From an uncultured Candidatus Binatia bacterium (GTDB taxonomy: Bacteria > Desulfobacterota > Binatia > Bin18), in assembly GCA_965214605.1 (NCBI GenBank), contig OZ243961.1:1152001-1216000 (forward strand): a stretch of 64,000 nucleotides of DNA, written 5' to 3'. Of this stretch, positions 19,237 through 29,644 are shown in pieces; within the stretch, counting starts at the first letter, position 1, and each line of letters begins with the position of its first letter. The notes under the pieces were generated by a model. It did no database searches and was not told where the DNA came from. It was given only the letters and a program-made list of their open reading frames with translations. The position numbers and the translations under genes are program-made.

Positions 19237-20702
19237 GTGAACCGCACACTCAGCCTCAGCACAAAACTCGCCTACGGCGCGGGTCGGATGGCGTTCGCTG
19301 CCAAAGACGCCGCGTTCATCAATTTTGTGATGTTCTACTATACCCAGGTCCTGGGTATATCGGGCACGCTGACTGGCTTGGCGGCTTTGATCGGCCTGTG
19401 CAGCGATGCCCTCAGCGACCCCATCGTCGGCTCCTTCTCCGATAATTACCGCTCCCGCTACGGCCGCCGGCATCCGCTGATGGCCATCGCCCTCGTCCCT
19501 CTAGCCGTGTCCTTTGTCTTCCTCTTTACTCCTCCCTCGGGTCTGGGCGAGTTCGCCACCTTTGTGTGGCTGGCCGTGGTGTCGGTCCTGCTGCGGACCT
19601 TTCTGACCATCTTCTCCATTCCACACGATGCTCTGGGGGCCGAGCTGTCCCAGGATTACGAAGAGCGGTCGGTCATCATGGGCTATAAGACCTCGCTCGG
19701 CTGGCTCGCTGGCGTGATCCTGCCGGCCCTGTCGCTGGCCTTTGTGTTTCAGTCCCAGGACGGGACGGACGGACGCCTGATCGCCGGGAACTATGCGGTT
19801 TACGGCAGCCTGTCAGCGGTCTTTGTCCTGCTCGTTGGGGCTGTCACTTGCGTCTTTACCTGGCGGGAAATTCCCTATCTACCGGTCCCACCGGCCGTGC
19901 CCCAAGCCTTCCGTCTCCGCCAGCCGTTCATCGACATGTACCACGCCCTGGGCAACCATAATTTCCGCTGGCTGTTTGTCGCTCTGCTGTTCGCTCTGGC
20001 CAGCAGCGGCGTCTACGCCAGTCTGCTGCTGTATGTGAACACCTATTTCTGGGAGTTTTCGACCCGGCAACTAGCCCTGTTTTCCATCCCGTTTCTGCTG
20101 GCCACAGGCAGCGCCTTTGCTCTGGTTAGGCCGCTTGGCCGGCGCCTGGAAAAAAGCCAGATTTTACTGCTGTCACTGGGCGTGATTATTTTGAACGGCG
20201 GCTGGTGGTTCACGCTGAGGCTGATCGATGTCCTGCCAGCCAACGACGACCCATGGCTGTTTCAATGGCCTTGGTTCAGAGCTATGTCGGGGTTACGGCT
20301 ATTGTCCTGACCCAGATCATGGTTCCGTCTATTGTTGCCGACATTATTGACGAACACGAGTATAATACTGGCACGCGCAAAGAGGGCGTATTCTATGCTG
20401 GTCAGGCTTTTGCCACCAAAGCCACCACTGGCTTTGGACAACTTGCCGGCGGGATTGTGATTGACTTGATTGGACTGGACTCGGGCGCTGCGCCGGGCAC
20501 GCTTGATCCTAATATCGTGTGGAATCTGGGCTTTATCGTCGGGCCGGGGCTGTCGGCTAGCTTTCTGATTCCGCTGTTTTTGCTAAGCCGCATTCGCCTC
20601 GGTCGAGAGCGGCAGGGAGAACTCCGCCGGCTGCTTAACGAACGGCGCGGTCAATCGGTGATGTCAGTATCCGAGTCCACTCACTCCTCAAAGATCGCAT
20701 AA
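19237..20702 (+). pseudogene. MFS transporter of the GPH/MelB family, split by one frameshift near 20260
   Basis: The N-part has KLAYG, DALSDPIVG, GRRHP and ELSQDYEERS; the C-part in another frame has ADIIDEHEYNTGTRKEGVFY. They join at PWLF/MALVQ. Could be a sequencing error. Confidence 0.8.
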
Positions 20703-21571
20703 GCCTCCATATAGCCCATCTCAACTAGTTCCGCTCGCGGTGCCCTACGGGCCAGTTCTTCTCGAATCGGAGCCGTATCAATCGTCTTGGAAAAGCCGGG
20801 GAGCCAGTTATCATGATGGCCCAGAATAACCCGTCGGGAGCGGAGCATCTCGACCTGGCGGGCCACAAACTGGGCCAACGAGCCCTGAATCGGCTCACCA
20901 TCAATGTTGCCCCGACCGGCCGCGGCAACAATCGCTACATCGGGCCGTCGGTCGCGTAGAATGCCACTCCAGTGTCCAGACGTGTCTTGGTACAGTAGCG
21001 AGCCTTGGGGCGTCTCGAACATATAGACTAGCGCACCGCCGTCCCCGCGCGCGCCCTGGGCCGAGACTTTGAGATGTTCGACGACCTCCCCACCGAGAGC
21101 GCTGAGCTGCGTCCATAAGTCTTTGAGCCGCTCGATCTGCTCTTGATAGGTTACACCTCGTTCACCGATGCAAACCGCGTCGGAGTCCGGCATGGCGGTT
21201 TTCGACCACACACACGAGTGCTGACTAGGGTACACATCGACAGTCACCTGCGGCGCAAGCTGAATCTTTTCCCCGCCCGCCACCGGCATCAACTGAGCCT
21301 CCGGAACCCCCTGAGCAGCCATAACGCGGATGGATTCGTAGGAACCAATGATGGTCGCTCCGGTAGCTTTGGCAATTCGTTCTGCGCCGTACAGGTGATC
21401 AAAATGTGAGTGGCCAACCACAATCCAGTCGGCCTTTTGCACATCCTCGGTGGTCATACCGGTTGGGACTGCGCTTGGAACACGGTCGATATAGGCGTCC
21501 AGAAAAATAACCAGCCCATCAATACTGAGCCGAAACGTGGCGCAGCCAAGCCAATCTAAAGTTGTACTCAT
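20681..21571 (-). CDS. MBL-fold metallo-hydrolase (UlaG-like)
   Basis: WLGCATF, GHSHFDH and LGHHD. Confidence 0.88.
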   Translation of the reverse strand: MSTTLDWLGCATFRLSIDGLVIFLDAYIDRVPSAVPTGMTTEDVQKADWIVVGHSHFDHLYGAERIAKATGATIIGSYESIRVMAAQGVPEAQLMPVAGGEKIQLAPQVTVDVYPSQHSCVWSKTAMPDSDAVCIGERGVTYQEQIERLKDLWTQLSALGGEVVEHLKVSAQGARGDGGALVYMFETPQGSLLYQDTSGHWSGILRDRRPDVAIVAAAGRGNIDGEPIQGSLAQFVARQVEMLRSRRVILGHHDNWLPGFSKTIDTAPIREELARRAPRAELVEMGYMEAYAIFEE

Positions 21572-21615
21572 GGTTTTCCCCCTTATCACCGCTTTTTACG
21601 CGCTTTCGCCTTGCG

Positions 21616-21645
21616 TTGACAATGCCCATCCGCCTGCGCTATACG
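21616..21645 (+). promoter_or_regulatory. Putative sigma70 promoter of the enoyl-CoA hydratase gene (possibly near-leaderless)
   Basis: TTGACA-N18-TATACG ending 8 nt before ATG 21654. Confidence 0.4.
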
Positions 21646-21653
21646 CCGCAGGC

Positions 21654-22439
21654 ATGTCAGACCGCACGCTTCTCATAGACAGACAAGGCGCCGTCGCCAC
21701 CCTCACCCTGAACCGCCCCGAGGCGATGAACGCGTTGTCGCGTGAGCTACGAACTCAGCTAGTGCAAGCGTTTGATCGGCTGCGCAACGATTCACAGGTA
21801 GGGGTGGTTATTCTGACGGGAGCCGGTGAACGGGCCTTTTGTGCCGGGCTAGACTTAAAGGAGTTGGGTCAAGCTGATTCCAACCTCACCCGAGACGTCG
21901 CTCCCGGCAACGAGCTTGACGTGGTCGAGGCCCTCAACCGGTTTGAGCGGCCAATTATTGGCGCCATCAACGGAGTTGCCATCACCGGCGGTTTTGAGCT
22001 AGCGCTGGCCTGCGACATCCTCATCGCCTCAACCGCGGCCCGGTTTGCCGATACCCATGCCCGGGTTGGGGTGATGCCCGGCTGGGGTCTAAGCCAGAAA
22101 CTGCCTCGACTGATTGGTATCTACCGGACCAAAGAGCTGGCGCTGACCGGCAATTTTGTGTCCGCCGAGCAGGCTGCAGACTGGGGCTTGGTAAATAGAG
22201 TTGTGGAGCCCCAGGACTTGTTACCGACCTGTCAGGCTCTGGCCGCAGATATACTGTCGTGCATGCCGGACATGCTGGTGAAGCTGAAACGGACTATCAA
22301 CACGGGGTTTGCCCAGACGCTGGCAGATGGACTGGCCACCGAGGCCAAGGAATGGCGTGAGCATCTGCGCCACGTCACCCCAGCGGCGATTGCCGCTCGA
22401 CGGATAGGCATCCAGCAACGGGGACGGGGCCAAAGCTAA
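21654..22439 (+). CDS. Enoyl-CoA hydratase/isomerase family protein
   Basis: LNRPEAMNAL, AFCAGLDL, GGFELALACD and FADTHARVG. Confidence 0.92.
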   Translation: MSDRTLLIDRQGAVATLTLNRPEAMNALSRELRTQLVQAFDRLRNDSQVGVVILTGAGERAFCAGLDLKELGQADSNLTRDVAPGNELDVVEALNRFERPIIGAINGVAITGGFELALACDILIASTAARFADTHARVGVMPGWGLSQKLPRLIGIYRTKELALTGNFVSAEQAADWGLVNRVVEPQDLLPTCQALAADILSCMPDMLVKLKRTINTGFAQTLADGLATEAKEWREHLRHVTPAAIAARRIGIQQRGRGQS

Positions 22440-22451
22440 AGGAACGCCTGT

Positions 22452-24008
22452 CTAGGGCCGGATCGTATAGGCTCGCGGCCCAATATGAGCTTTCAACTGG
22501 GGCTGGATCATCTCAACCCACTCACACAGGGACGGGCGGGTGTGGCGCGGGTCAATGAGATCATGGACACTGAAATTTTCGGCCCGCGTATATGGATTGC
22601 GCTGGGCTGCTACACGCTCCTCAATCTCTCGGCGTTTGGCATCCGGGTCGGGCGCGGCGGCAATCTCCCGCCGGAACGCCACCGCTACGCCACCCTCGAT
22701 CGGCAGGGCGCCTGACTCGGCAGAGGGCCAGGCTAAGACCGCACTGCCCGAGGCAAAGTGAGCGGCCCCTGCCACGCCGTACATCTTGCGCACAACGACC
22801 GAAATCCAGGGCACGCTGGACTGCATAATGGCAAACAGGGTCGCCGCGCCGTGACGTATGGTCGCCGCGCGCTCGGCCTCAGGACCGATCATAAAGCCCG
22901 GCTCATCAACCAGACTCACCACCGGCAGATGAAACGTATCACATAGATCAACGAAACGGCGCACTTTCTGGGCCGCATCCGCGGTCATTGCCCCGGCAAA
23001 CCACATCGGATCGTTGGCCAAGACCCCAACCGGATGACCGTTCAACCGGGCTAGCCCAATGACCTGCGACTGTCCGTACAGCGGCGATAACTCAAAGAAA
23101 GAGCCACGGTCCACAACGGCCTCGATAATCCGACGGATTGCATAGGCCCGGCGCCTATTGCGGGGAATAATTGAGAGCAGCTCTTCGTCTTGGCGGTTGG
23201 GGTCATCATCGCAGACCGTCAGCGGCGGTGTCTCCCAGATATGACTCGGGAGATAGCTGAGGAAGCGGCGTATCAGAGCCAACACTCCGGGCTCGTCGTC
23301 GGCCACATTATCGACCACCCCGCTGCTGAGGTGCACCTGCGCGCCCCCCAGCTCTTCTTTGGTATACAGCCGGCCAAACGCTCGTTCGACAATCGCTGGG
23401 CCAGCAATCATGACTTGGGCCGTCTGTTTGGTCATGACCGAAAAGTGCGAGGCCACGAGTCTGGCTGCGGGCAGGCCGGCAACAGCCCCGACCGCGGCCG
23501 ATACGACCGGGACCACGCTCATGACGTGCATGACCGACATAAAACGGTGCGGCGCATTGGCTGCACTACCACCGTCACCACCGGCCTGGCCTTTACCACG
23601 CGGCACACTCCCCCCCCCGCCCTCCAAAAAACGGATCAGAGGCATACGGTACTGGGCAGCCAGCTCTTCAATAAACACGCTCTTGCGCAGGCCAGCGGGC
23701 GTGGGTGAGCCGCCCCGCAGGGTAAAGTCTTCGCCCCCAACCACGCACGGCCGACCATCAATCTTGCCAAATCCCAACACATAGTTAGCCGGAGAGAAGG
23801 TTCGCAACTTGCCGTTTTCGTCGTTTTCCGAAGAGCCCGCGATACGACCCTGCTCACGAAACGAGCCCTCGTCAACCAGCCCAGTGCAACGCTCGCGAAT
23901 GGTCAGCCGTCCTTTGGCGTGCTGCTGCTTGACCGCCTCCGGACCGCCGTGTTCGAGGGCCAGTCTGCGGCGCAGTTCAATGCCGTCAACTTCCTTTTGC
24001 CAGCTCAT
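22452..24008 (-). CDS. Acyl-CoA carboxylase carboxyltransferase subunit
   Basis: QHAKGRLTIRER, EDFTLRGGS, EELGG, DEPGFMIG and IDPRHTR; start at MSWQKEV. Confidence 0.92.
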   Translation of the reverse strand: MSWQKEVDGIELRRRLALEHGGPEAVKQQHAKGRLTIRERCTGLVDEGSFREQGRIAGSSENDENGKLRTFSPANYVLGFGKIDGRPCVVGGEDFTLRGGSPTPAGLRKSVFIEELAAQYRMPLIRFLEGGGGSVPRGKGQAGGDGGSAANAPHRFMSVMHVMSVVPVVSAAVGAVAGLPAARLVASHFSVMTKQTAQVMIAGPAIVERAFGRLYTKEELGGAQVHLSSGVVDNVADDEPGVLALIRRFLSYLPSHIWETPPLTVCDDDPNRQDEELLSIIPRNRRRAYAIRRIIEAVVDRGSFFELSPLYGQSQVIGLARLNGHPVGVLANDPMWFAGAMTADAAQKVRRFVDLCDTFHLPVVSLVDEPGFMIGPEAERAATIRHGAATLFAIMQSSVPWISVVVRKMYGVAGAAHFASGSAVLAWPSAESGALPIEGGVAVAFRREIAAAPDPDAKRREIEERVAAQRNPYTRAENFSVHDLIDPRHTRPSLCEWVEMIQPQLKAHIGPRAYTIRP

Positions 24009-24049
24009 GACTCTCTTTCCATCGAGTTTGTTGGAGAAGGGGTGTGGAG

Positions 24050-24402
24050 GGGCCCAACTGTCGATCTCCGGTGGCGTAAAAATCAGCGTCGGCAGGGGAG
24101 TGCCCTTATCGCTGGAGTCGGGCACGGTTTGAATCTTGCTGAAGCCATGTTTATCAACCTCATCTGTAGGAACAACCATGTGTACAGGAAATATGGGCCC
24201 ACTCACCGCCCGAAAATTCACGCGGCAAGGTTTCCTCTGAGGGAGCGACGATCACGCTCACCTTCTCACCAAAGATCACCCCTTTGACATCGACAAAGCC
24301 AAACAGGCTGCCCTGGCTGATACTCTTGGCGTAGACTTCGTAGACCCAGCCGTGATTCAAGACAACGACTCTGTGGAGGCGTTTTTTTGCGGCCGCAAAC
24401 AT
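24050..24402 (-). pseudogene. DUF1820 family protein remnant
   Basis: RVVVLNHGWVYEVYAKSISQGSLFGFVDV...FGEKVSVIVAPSEE...EFSG, continued in another frame as PVHMVVPTDEVDKHGFSKI. Confidence 0.75.
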
Positions 24403-24405
24403 ACG

Positions 24406-24852
24406 CTAAAAATCAATCAGCTCAAGGATAGTTCCGTCCGGGTCGGTAAAACACGCAAAACTGGCCCTCCCCTGGTTGGGAAAGTTGAGTTCTTGAGGTT
24501 CTGAGAAAAACTCGACCCCCCTGGCTTTGAGGTCCTCGTAGACCTGGGGAAGATTTTTTGTTTTCAGCGCCAAGCGGGCCATTCCTACATGGTAGAGGTG
24601 AGGATAGGGCTGACCCGCAGTCCTGGGATTTTTCCACTCAATCAGGTCAATCCGCGTAGCGTGCGGGTCCTCGCCCAGCATCAGCAGGGCCGCCCTCCCC
24701 CGCCCGTCTGGAATTCGCAGACCCGTGTTTAAGGATTTCCCCCCACCTTCTCCGAGGTCGGCCACGACTCTGAAGCCAAGCATTTGGTAAAATTCAAGCG
24801 AGCGCTCAAAGTTGGTCACGTTGATATTAATGTGAAAGATACCCTGGATCAT
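24406..24852 (-). CDS. VOC (glyoxalase/bleomycin resistance) family protein
   Basis: HININVTNFERSLEFY and FTDPDGTILEL. Confidence 0.9.
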   Translation of the reverse strand: MIQGIFHININVTNFERSLEFYQMLGFRVVADLGEGGGKSLNTGLRIPDGRGRAALLMLGEDPHATRIDLIEWKNPRTAGQPYPHLYHVGMARLALKTKNLPQVYEDLKARGVEFFSEPQELNFPNQGRASFACFTDPDGTILELIDF

Positions 24853-24871
24853 ACTTCTCTCCCCAAATTAT

Positions 24872-26071
24872 CTAGGGTTGACGGACAAGACGCTGTGGTG
24901 GCAGGGCCGGCAGTATATTTTCTAGCTCAGTTTCAAGGACCTCTTCGGCGACAAACCCGGTAAACGCTCGCTTGATTTTGCCATCGGGCGCGAACAAAAA
25001 GCTGCTAGGCAGCGCAAACACCTGATAGCGCGCCCCGATAGCCTGCTCAGTGTCCCGACCAATGGCGTACGGAATGCGGTATTGGTCGACAAATTTCTTG
25101 ACTCCGTCCTCTTCACTCTGGAGTGCCACACCAATGACCGCAAAGCCCCGGCTCTTGTACTTATTATACATCCGCACCAGGGCAGGCGTCTCGACCACAC
25201 ACGGACCGCACCAGGGCGCCCAGAAGTTGACCAGGACGACCTTACCGTAATAGTCGCCTAGGCTGACCTGCTCGCTATCAATCGTGGTCAGGGTGAAATT
25301 GTAACTGCCATAGCGGCTATCAGCCGGGTTGAGCGCCGCTGGACTGGTCAGCTCAGTCGTCACCAACAGCTGTTCAGGATTGAGAAACGTCAGCCGTGAG
25401 GAGATCCACGATATTTTGTCGCTGAAGATCAAAATTCCGACCACCAGCAGCAATACGCCGCTAGTAATCTCAAATCGTCGCAGATGGGCTCTCAGCCCGC
25501 CAAACGTGGCCAAAAATCCGTTCAAAAAAGCGGCAGCCAGGATAAACGGAATACCCAGGCCGAGTGAATAGACGGCCAGCAGCAACACCCCTTGGCTTAG
25601 AGTCTCGGCCGTTGCCGCTAGGGCCAGAATGGCGGCCAGGATCGGCCCCACACACGGGGTCCAGCCGAAGGCAAACATCAGTCCGGCAACAAAGGCCCGG
25701 ACCATTCCCGGCGGTGTGTTCTGACCAGAAAGACGGCGCTCTCGTGACAGACCGGGGATGGGGACAAGCCCGGTCAGATGGAGCCCGAGCAGCATAATCC
25801 CAACACCGGCTATGCTCTTGAGCAAACCGAGATGTGAGCGTAACAGGACGCTCAGCGCTGAGGCACCCGCGCCAAGCGCAATAAAGACCAGTGAGAAACC
25901 CAGCACAAACGGCAGGCTCTTCAATAGAGCGCTCCGCGACCGCCCCTGGCTCAGCTCATCAAAGCTCAGGCCGGTAATAAACGTCAGATAGCCGGGAACA
26001 ATAGGTAAGACACATGGAGAGGCAAACGACAGAAAACCGGCCAATAGAGCAATACCGAGTCCAATATCCAT
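24872..26071 (-). CDS. CcdA-type disulfide transporter fused to a TlpA thioredoxin domain
   Basis: SFASPCVLP and GWTPCVGP membrane domain; C-terminal VNFWAPWCGPC. Confidence 0.9.
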   Translation of the reverse strand: MDIGLGIALLAGFLSFASPCVLPIVPGYLTFITGLSFDELSQGRSRSALLKSLPFVLGFSLVFIALGAGASALSVLLRSHLGLLKSIAGVGIMLLGLHLTGLVPIPGLSRERRLSGQNTPPGMVRAFVAGLMFAFGWTPCVGPILAAILALAATAETLSQGVLLLAVYSLGLGIPFILAAAFLNGFLATFGGLRAHLRRFEITSGVLLLVVGILIFSDKISWISSRLTFLNPEQLLVTTELTSPAALNPADSRYGSYNFTLTTIDSEQVSLGDYYGKVVLVNFWAPWCGPCVVETPALVRMYNKYKSRGFAVIGVALQSEEDGVKKFVDQYRIPYAIGRDTEQAIGARYQVFALPSSFLFAPDGKIKRAFTGFVAEEVLETELENILPALPPQRLVRQP

Positions 26072-26141
26072 AGCGACACGTCTTCGTAATATGGGATCAC
26101 GCTCCCCCCAGGGGGAACAGTCCAGGCCGGACGCGATCCGT

Positions 26142-26233
<92 letters not shown>

Positions 26234-26313
26234 ACGCGGCTGAGCTTTTACTATACGGCATTTCCCATACACGCGTAAAGGGTGACGCGGCAGGGGTACG
26301 CCTCCACCCCGCC

Positions 26314-26778
26314 TTAGCACGCGTTGACTTTTCGCTTGGCCTGGAAGAAGGATCGTAACAGGGCTCGCCCCTCTTGGGCGCGCACTCCGGCCACGACCTC
26401 AATCCGGTGATTCAGGCGCACGTCATGCGCGAGATCATACACTGAGCCTGCAGCCCCTGCCCTAGGGTCGGGACAGCCAAAGACCAGCCGCTCGACCCGG
26501 GCCTGAATGAGTGCCCCCATGCACATTACACATGGCTCAACCGTAACGTATAGGGTCGCGCCAACTAGCCGGTAGTTCCCAACGGTCCGCGCAGCTTCGC
26601 GCACGGCCTGAATCTCGGCGTGGGCGGTCGGATCGGAGCGACTAATCGGGCGGTTGTACCCCCACCCCAGACACCGGCCTTCTCGCACGACCAGCGCTCC
26701 GACCGGTACCTCACCCGCCTGCTCGGCACGCCGGGCTTGGTCGAGCGCCTGCGCCATCCAATACGCGTGCTTACTCAT
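26314..26778 (-). CDS. tadA: tRNA adenosine(34) deaminase
   Basis: GEVPVGA, DPTAHAEI, NYRL, EPCVMC and LNH. Confidence 0.95.
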   Translation of the reverse strand: MSKHAYWMAQALDQARRAEQAGEVPVGALVVREGRCLGWGYNRPISRSDPTAHAEIQAVREAARTVGNYRLVGATLYVTVEPCVMCMGALIQARVERLVFGCPDPRAGAAGSVYDLAHDVRLNHRIEVVAGVRAQEGRALLRSFFQAKRKVNAC

Positions 26779-28393
26779 ACACCGCCCGGTATAGGTTGCC
26801 GATAGGAGTCACACCGCCCTGTCCCCCGACCAGTCGTTCGACCTCCAGACCGTAGGCTTCAATCGCCGCCACCAGCTCTTGGCCCCAGACTCGAACCTGG
26901 TGGGGGACCCCGGGCGAGAAGAGATCCGACACAAACAGCAGCTTTTCTTGGGGTAGAAAAACCATCAACATGCCCTCGGCGTGCGAGTTGTTAACCGGAT
27001 AGATCTCAACGGTCCGTTGGCCGTCGGTCAGGACCTTCTTGTCCTGACCGACGGTTTCAATGACTGCCGGCCTAGGATAGCGATGGAGACGATCGGGCAC
27101 GACGGTATGCGGTGCGTCGAAAACTTGTTGCAAAAACACCACGTTGGCCTGGCTGGTGACTAGACTGATGCCGGCCGCGACATAGGTCCGCAGTCCACCG
27201 GCGTGGTCGTCATGAAAATGGGTGTTGATGACCGTTCGCAGCGGTTTACCGGGAAACCGTCGCTCCAGACTGTCAATAACCCGCAGCGATCGAGCCTCGT
27301 ACAGTGGCGCTTCAACAACGATGACGTGGTCGGCCATGGCGATGCCTAAGCTGTGATGGCTGCCGCCGGTGACGTGCACCACTCCCGGGGCGACATCAAG
27401 TATCCGAATCCGAGTTTGCTCTTCATCTACCGGGTTGGCCATAGCGATCCGTCGCAGCAGCCAGTGCGAGCTCAGCTCACCTCGGTCCGGACTGCCGTTA
27501 TCGGCCTGTAGAATGTGCGAGGGCAGCGCAAAGGATTGCTCCGCAAACGGGACGTTATTGTCAATCGACTCGACCCGTTCGGTCATGATGAGTTGGCCGT
27601 TCAACCGCCACAGAGAGGAAAACGGCATCTTAATGTCCCCCACCTGCCGCCAATCAGCGAAGAAGAGTTCGTTGTGACTATCACCGTACAGGGGATCATC
27701 TTCGAGAAACTGGACCCTGGTCAGCAGACGGGTCTGGGCGTCCAGGGCTGCAACCACCGATTTCCCTCCGTCATTGTAGGCGATCACATAGTGCAGCCGG
27801 CCACGAATGACCTGATCGCGCAGCCGTAAGAGCGAGGTCTGTCGGGACAGGGCCATCAGCAGCACCGAGACGGGCGAACGACCCAGCTCTTTTTTGCGCA
27901 TGGCAATTCGGGCGGCCGACGCCGCCCGCTGGTGGGGACCGCGTGGGCCATCGGCACCAAGGATGATGCTGCTATAGCCGTCGCTGATTTCGGTGTAGAT
28001 CGACCGGTCTGGAAGAGGAAAAAAGGTGTCGCGTTGCCACTCATAGCGGTAGCGGCCGCCAGCAAAGTCGCGCAGGAGAATATAGCAGAAGCGCGAGACT
28101 TTAGGCGCTGGGGCGCCCGGACGAATGGCGTGGGCGGGTTCAAAATTTTCCCCACAGGCCAGGATCTGCTGGCTCTCAATCGCCAGCAGGGCCTTAGACC
28201 CACCCATGGCTGCGACCGCAGAGTCCAGATAGATCTTGGCCGTCTGGGCACCTATCTGCGGAGCAGATAGAAAGACTAAGCTGAGCGCCGCCAGGCCGTA
28301 GCCCGCTCGCCACCGGGGATATCTGTTTGAGGCCGCGCTCAGAAGCGGACAGGGTCGGTGGTAAGCGAAGGAGCGTTTCATCGACGCGAACAA
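26771..28393 (-). CDS. Exported MBL-fold metallo-hydrolase with an N-terminal extension
   Basis: Signal-like segment, AMGG motif, THFHDDHAGG, HAEGML and SDLF; start codon uncertain. Confidence 0.82.
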   Translation of the reverse strand: MFASMKRSFAYHRPCPLLSAASNRYPRWRAGYGLAALSLVFLSAPQIGAQTAKIYLDSAVAAMGGSKALLAIESQQILACGENFEPAHAIRPGAPAPKVSRFCYILLRDFAGGRYRYEWQRDTFFPLPDRSIYTEISDGYSSIILGADGPRGPHQRAASAARIAMRKKELGRSPVSVLLMALSRQTSLLRLRDQVIRGRLHYVIAYNDGGKSVVAALDAQTRLLTRVQFLEDDPLYGDSHNELFFADWRQVGDIKMPFSSLWRLNGQLIMTERVESIDNNVPFAEQSFALPSHILQADNGSPDRGELSSHWLLRRIAMANPVDEEQTRIRILDVAPGVVHVTGGSHHSLGIAMADHVIVVEAPLYEARSLRVIDSLERRFPGKPLRTVINTHFHDDHAGGLRTYVAAGISLVTSQANVVFLQQVFDAPHTVVPDRLHRYPRPAVIETVGQDKKVLTDGQRTVEIYPVNNSHAEGMLMVFLPQEKLLFVSDLFSPGVPHQVRVWGQELVAAIEAYGLEVERLVGGQGGVTPIGNLYRAVYE

Positions 28394-28417
28394 CGAAGAC
28401 TCTCACACCTCGTGCGA

Positions 28418-29035
28418 TCAGGCCGCAAATCCGATCTTTACCTCCTCATAGCTAGGCCGCTGCTTCAGCCGCTGATGCCAGGCGGCAACGTTCGGAAACG
28501 GGCTAAAATCAACGCCCGCCCGCTCAGCCAGGGTGAGGAAAGGCGTGAAAGTCAGATCGACAATACCGTGTTCGTCCATTAGGTAGTCCCGCCCGTCCAG
28601 CTGCCCTTCAAGGCGCGGCAGCAGAGCTGCCAGCTTTTCCTGGTTGTGCCGAATCTTCTCCGTATTCTGCTCTTCGGCCGGTTTGCGTTTTTCGTACATC
28701 AGGCTCAGCACCGGTGGAACGAACTGACTGTTACAAAACTCGACCCACAAACGCATCTCGGCCTTGGCCCGACCGTCTATGGGAGCCAGCCGGGGCATGG
28801 GATATCGCTCTTCGAGGTATTCGTTGCACAGGGCGGATTCAACCACCCAGGCATCTTCTTCAACTAGCACCGGAACCTTGCCGTACGGATTGAGGGCCAA
28901 AAACCAAGCTTGTTTTTGTTCCTTGCTGGGCAGGTCGATAAGGATCCGCTCAAAATCGAGATCTTTTTCCTTGAGAACGATCCTCGTTCTCATGGCGAAC
29001 GGTCAGGCTAGATAGTCAAATAACTTGCGGTTCAT
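28418..29035 (-). CDS. Glutathione S-transferase family protein, probable selenoprotein (UGA at codon 11)
   Basis: SD AAGGAGG, then ATG 29035: MNRKLFDYLA-UGA-PFAMRTRIVLKEK...LNPYGKVPVL...ESA; the UGA (29003-29005) sits where CPF-type GSTs carry Cys. Confidence 0.85.
28973..28991 (-). promoter_or_regulatory. Bacterial SECIS-like stem-loop
   Basis: mRNA GAGAACGA-GGA-UCGUUCUC, a perfect 8-bp inverted repeat with a G-rich loop, starting 11 nt after the UGA. Confidence 0.75.
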
Positions 29036-29144
29036 AGACGCCTCCTTACTTATCCTGTGGAATACGAGCAGCCCGTGTGCGAACACTAGGAAAGCACGCA
29101 TTCAGAGTCAAGTGTTCTGGCCGCTCAGGCTTGTCCAGAGCGGA

Positions 29145-29609
29145 TTAAATCTCATACATCAGCGCTTGGCCTGACCGCCGCCGGTCTTCTTCGGCCCGCC
29201 GACATAAATCGGCCAGCGTAAATTGACCACAGCCCGCCACCACAGCCCGCCTGACTTCTGTCATCACCTCACGCAGCCAACAGTGCTCAAAACTGGGACA
29301 GTCCGGACACTTGACCGCCACCTCAGTATCCGCGCACGGCAGCGGCGCAAACGGTCCCTCGACCGCCTGGATAATGTCGCCTAGTGTGACCTGGGCCGGT
29401 GCGGTTTGCAGCGTGTAGCCCCCGGCTTTCCCCCGGCTGCTGTGGACAAGACCGGCTTTTTTCAGAGCTAGCAGGACTTGTTCCAGGAATTTTTTGGGAA
29501 TGTTTTCCTGGCCGGCAATCTGCCGAATGGATAACACCGGCGGCGCCCCGGGTGCGCCCAAACATGTCAGGGCGCGGAGCGCATACTCCGCTTTTTTTGA
29601 CAGCTTCAT
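29145..29609 (-). CDS. Rrf2 family transcriptional regulator
   Basis: MKLSKKAEYALRAL, IPKKFLEQVL, SSRGKAGGY and a C-terminal Cys cluster (PC..KCPDC...HC). Confidence 0.93.
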   Translation of the reverse strand: MKLSKKAEYALRALTCLGAPGAPPVLSIRQIAGQENIPKKFLEQVLLALKKAGLVHSSRGKAGGYTLQTAPAQVTLGDIIQAVEGPFAPLPCADTEVAVKCPDCPSFEHCWLREVMTEVRRAVVAGCGQFTLADLCRRAEEDRRRSGQALMYEI

Positions 29610-29644
29610 AATGTCTATTTAAATTGTAGACAATAAGATGTCAA
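29610..29644 (-). promoter_or_regulatory. Rrf2 promoter with a palindromic operator TGTCTA-N9-TAGACA
   Basis: TTGACA (29639-29644, minus strand) is followed by the inverted repeat at 29612-29632, immediately before the ATG; no SD. Confidence 0.7.
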
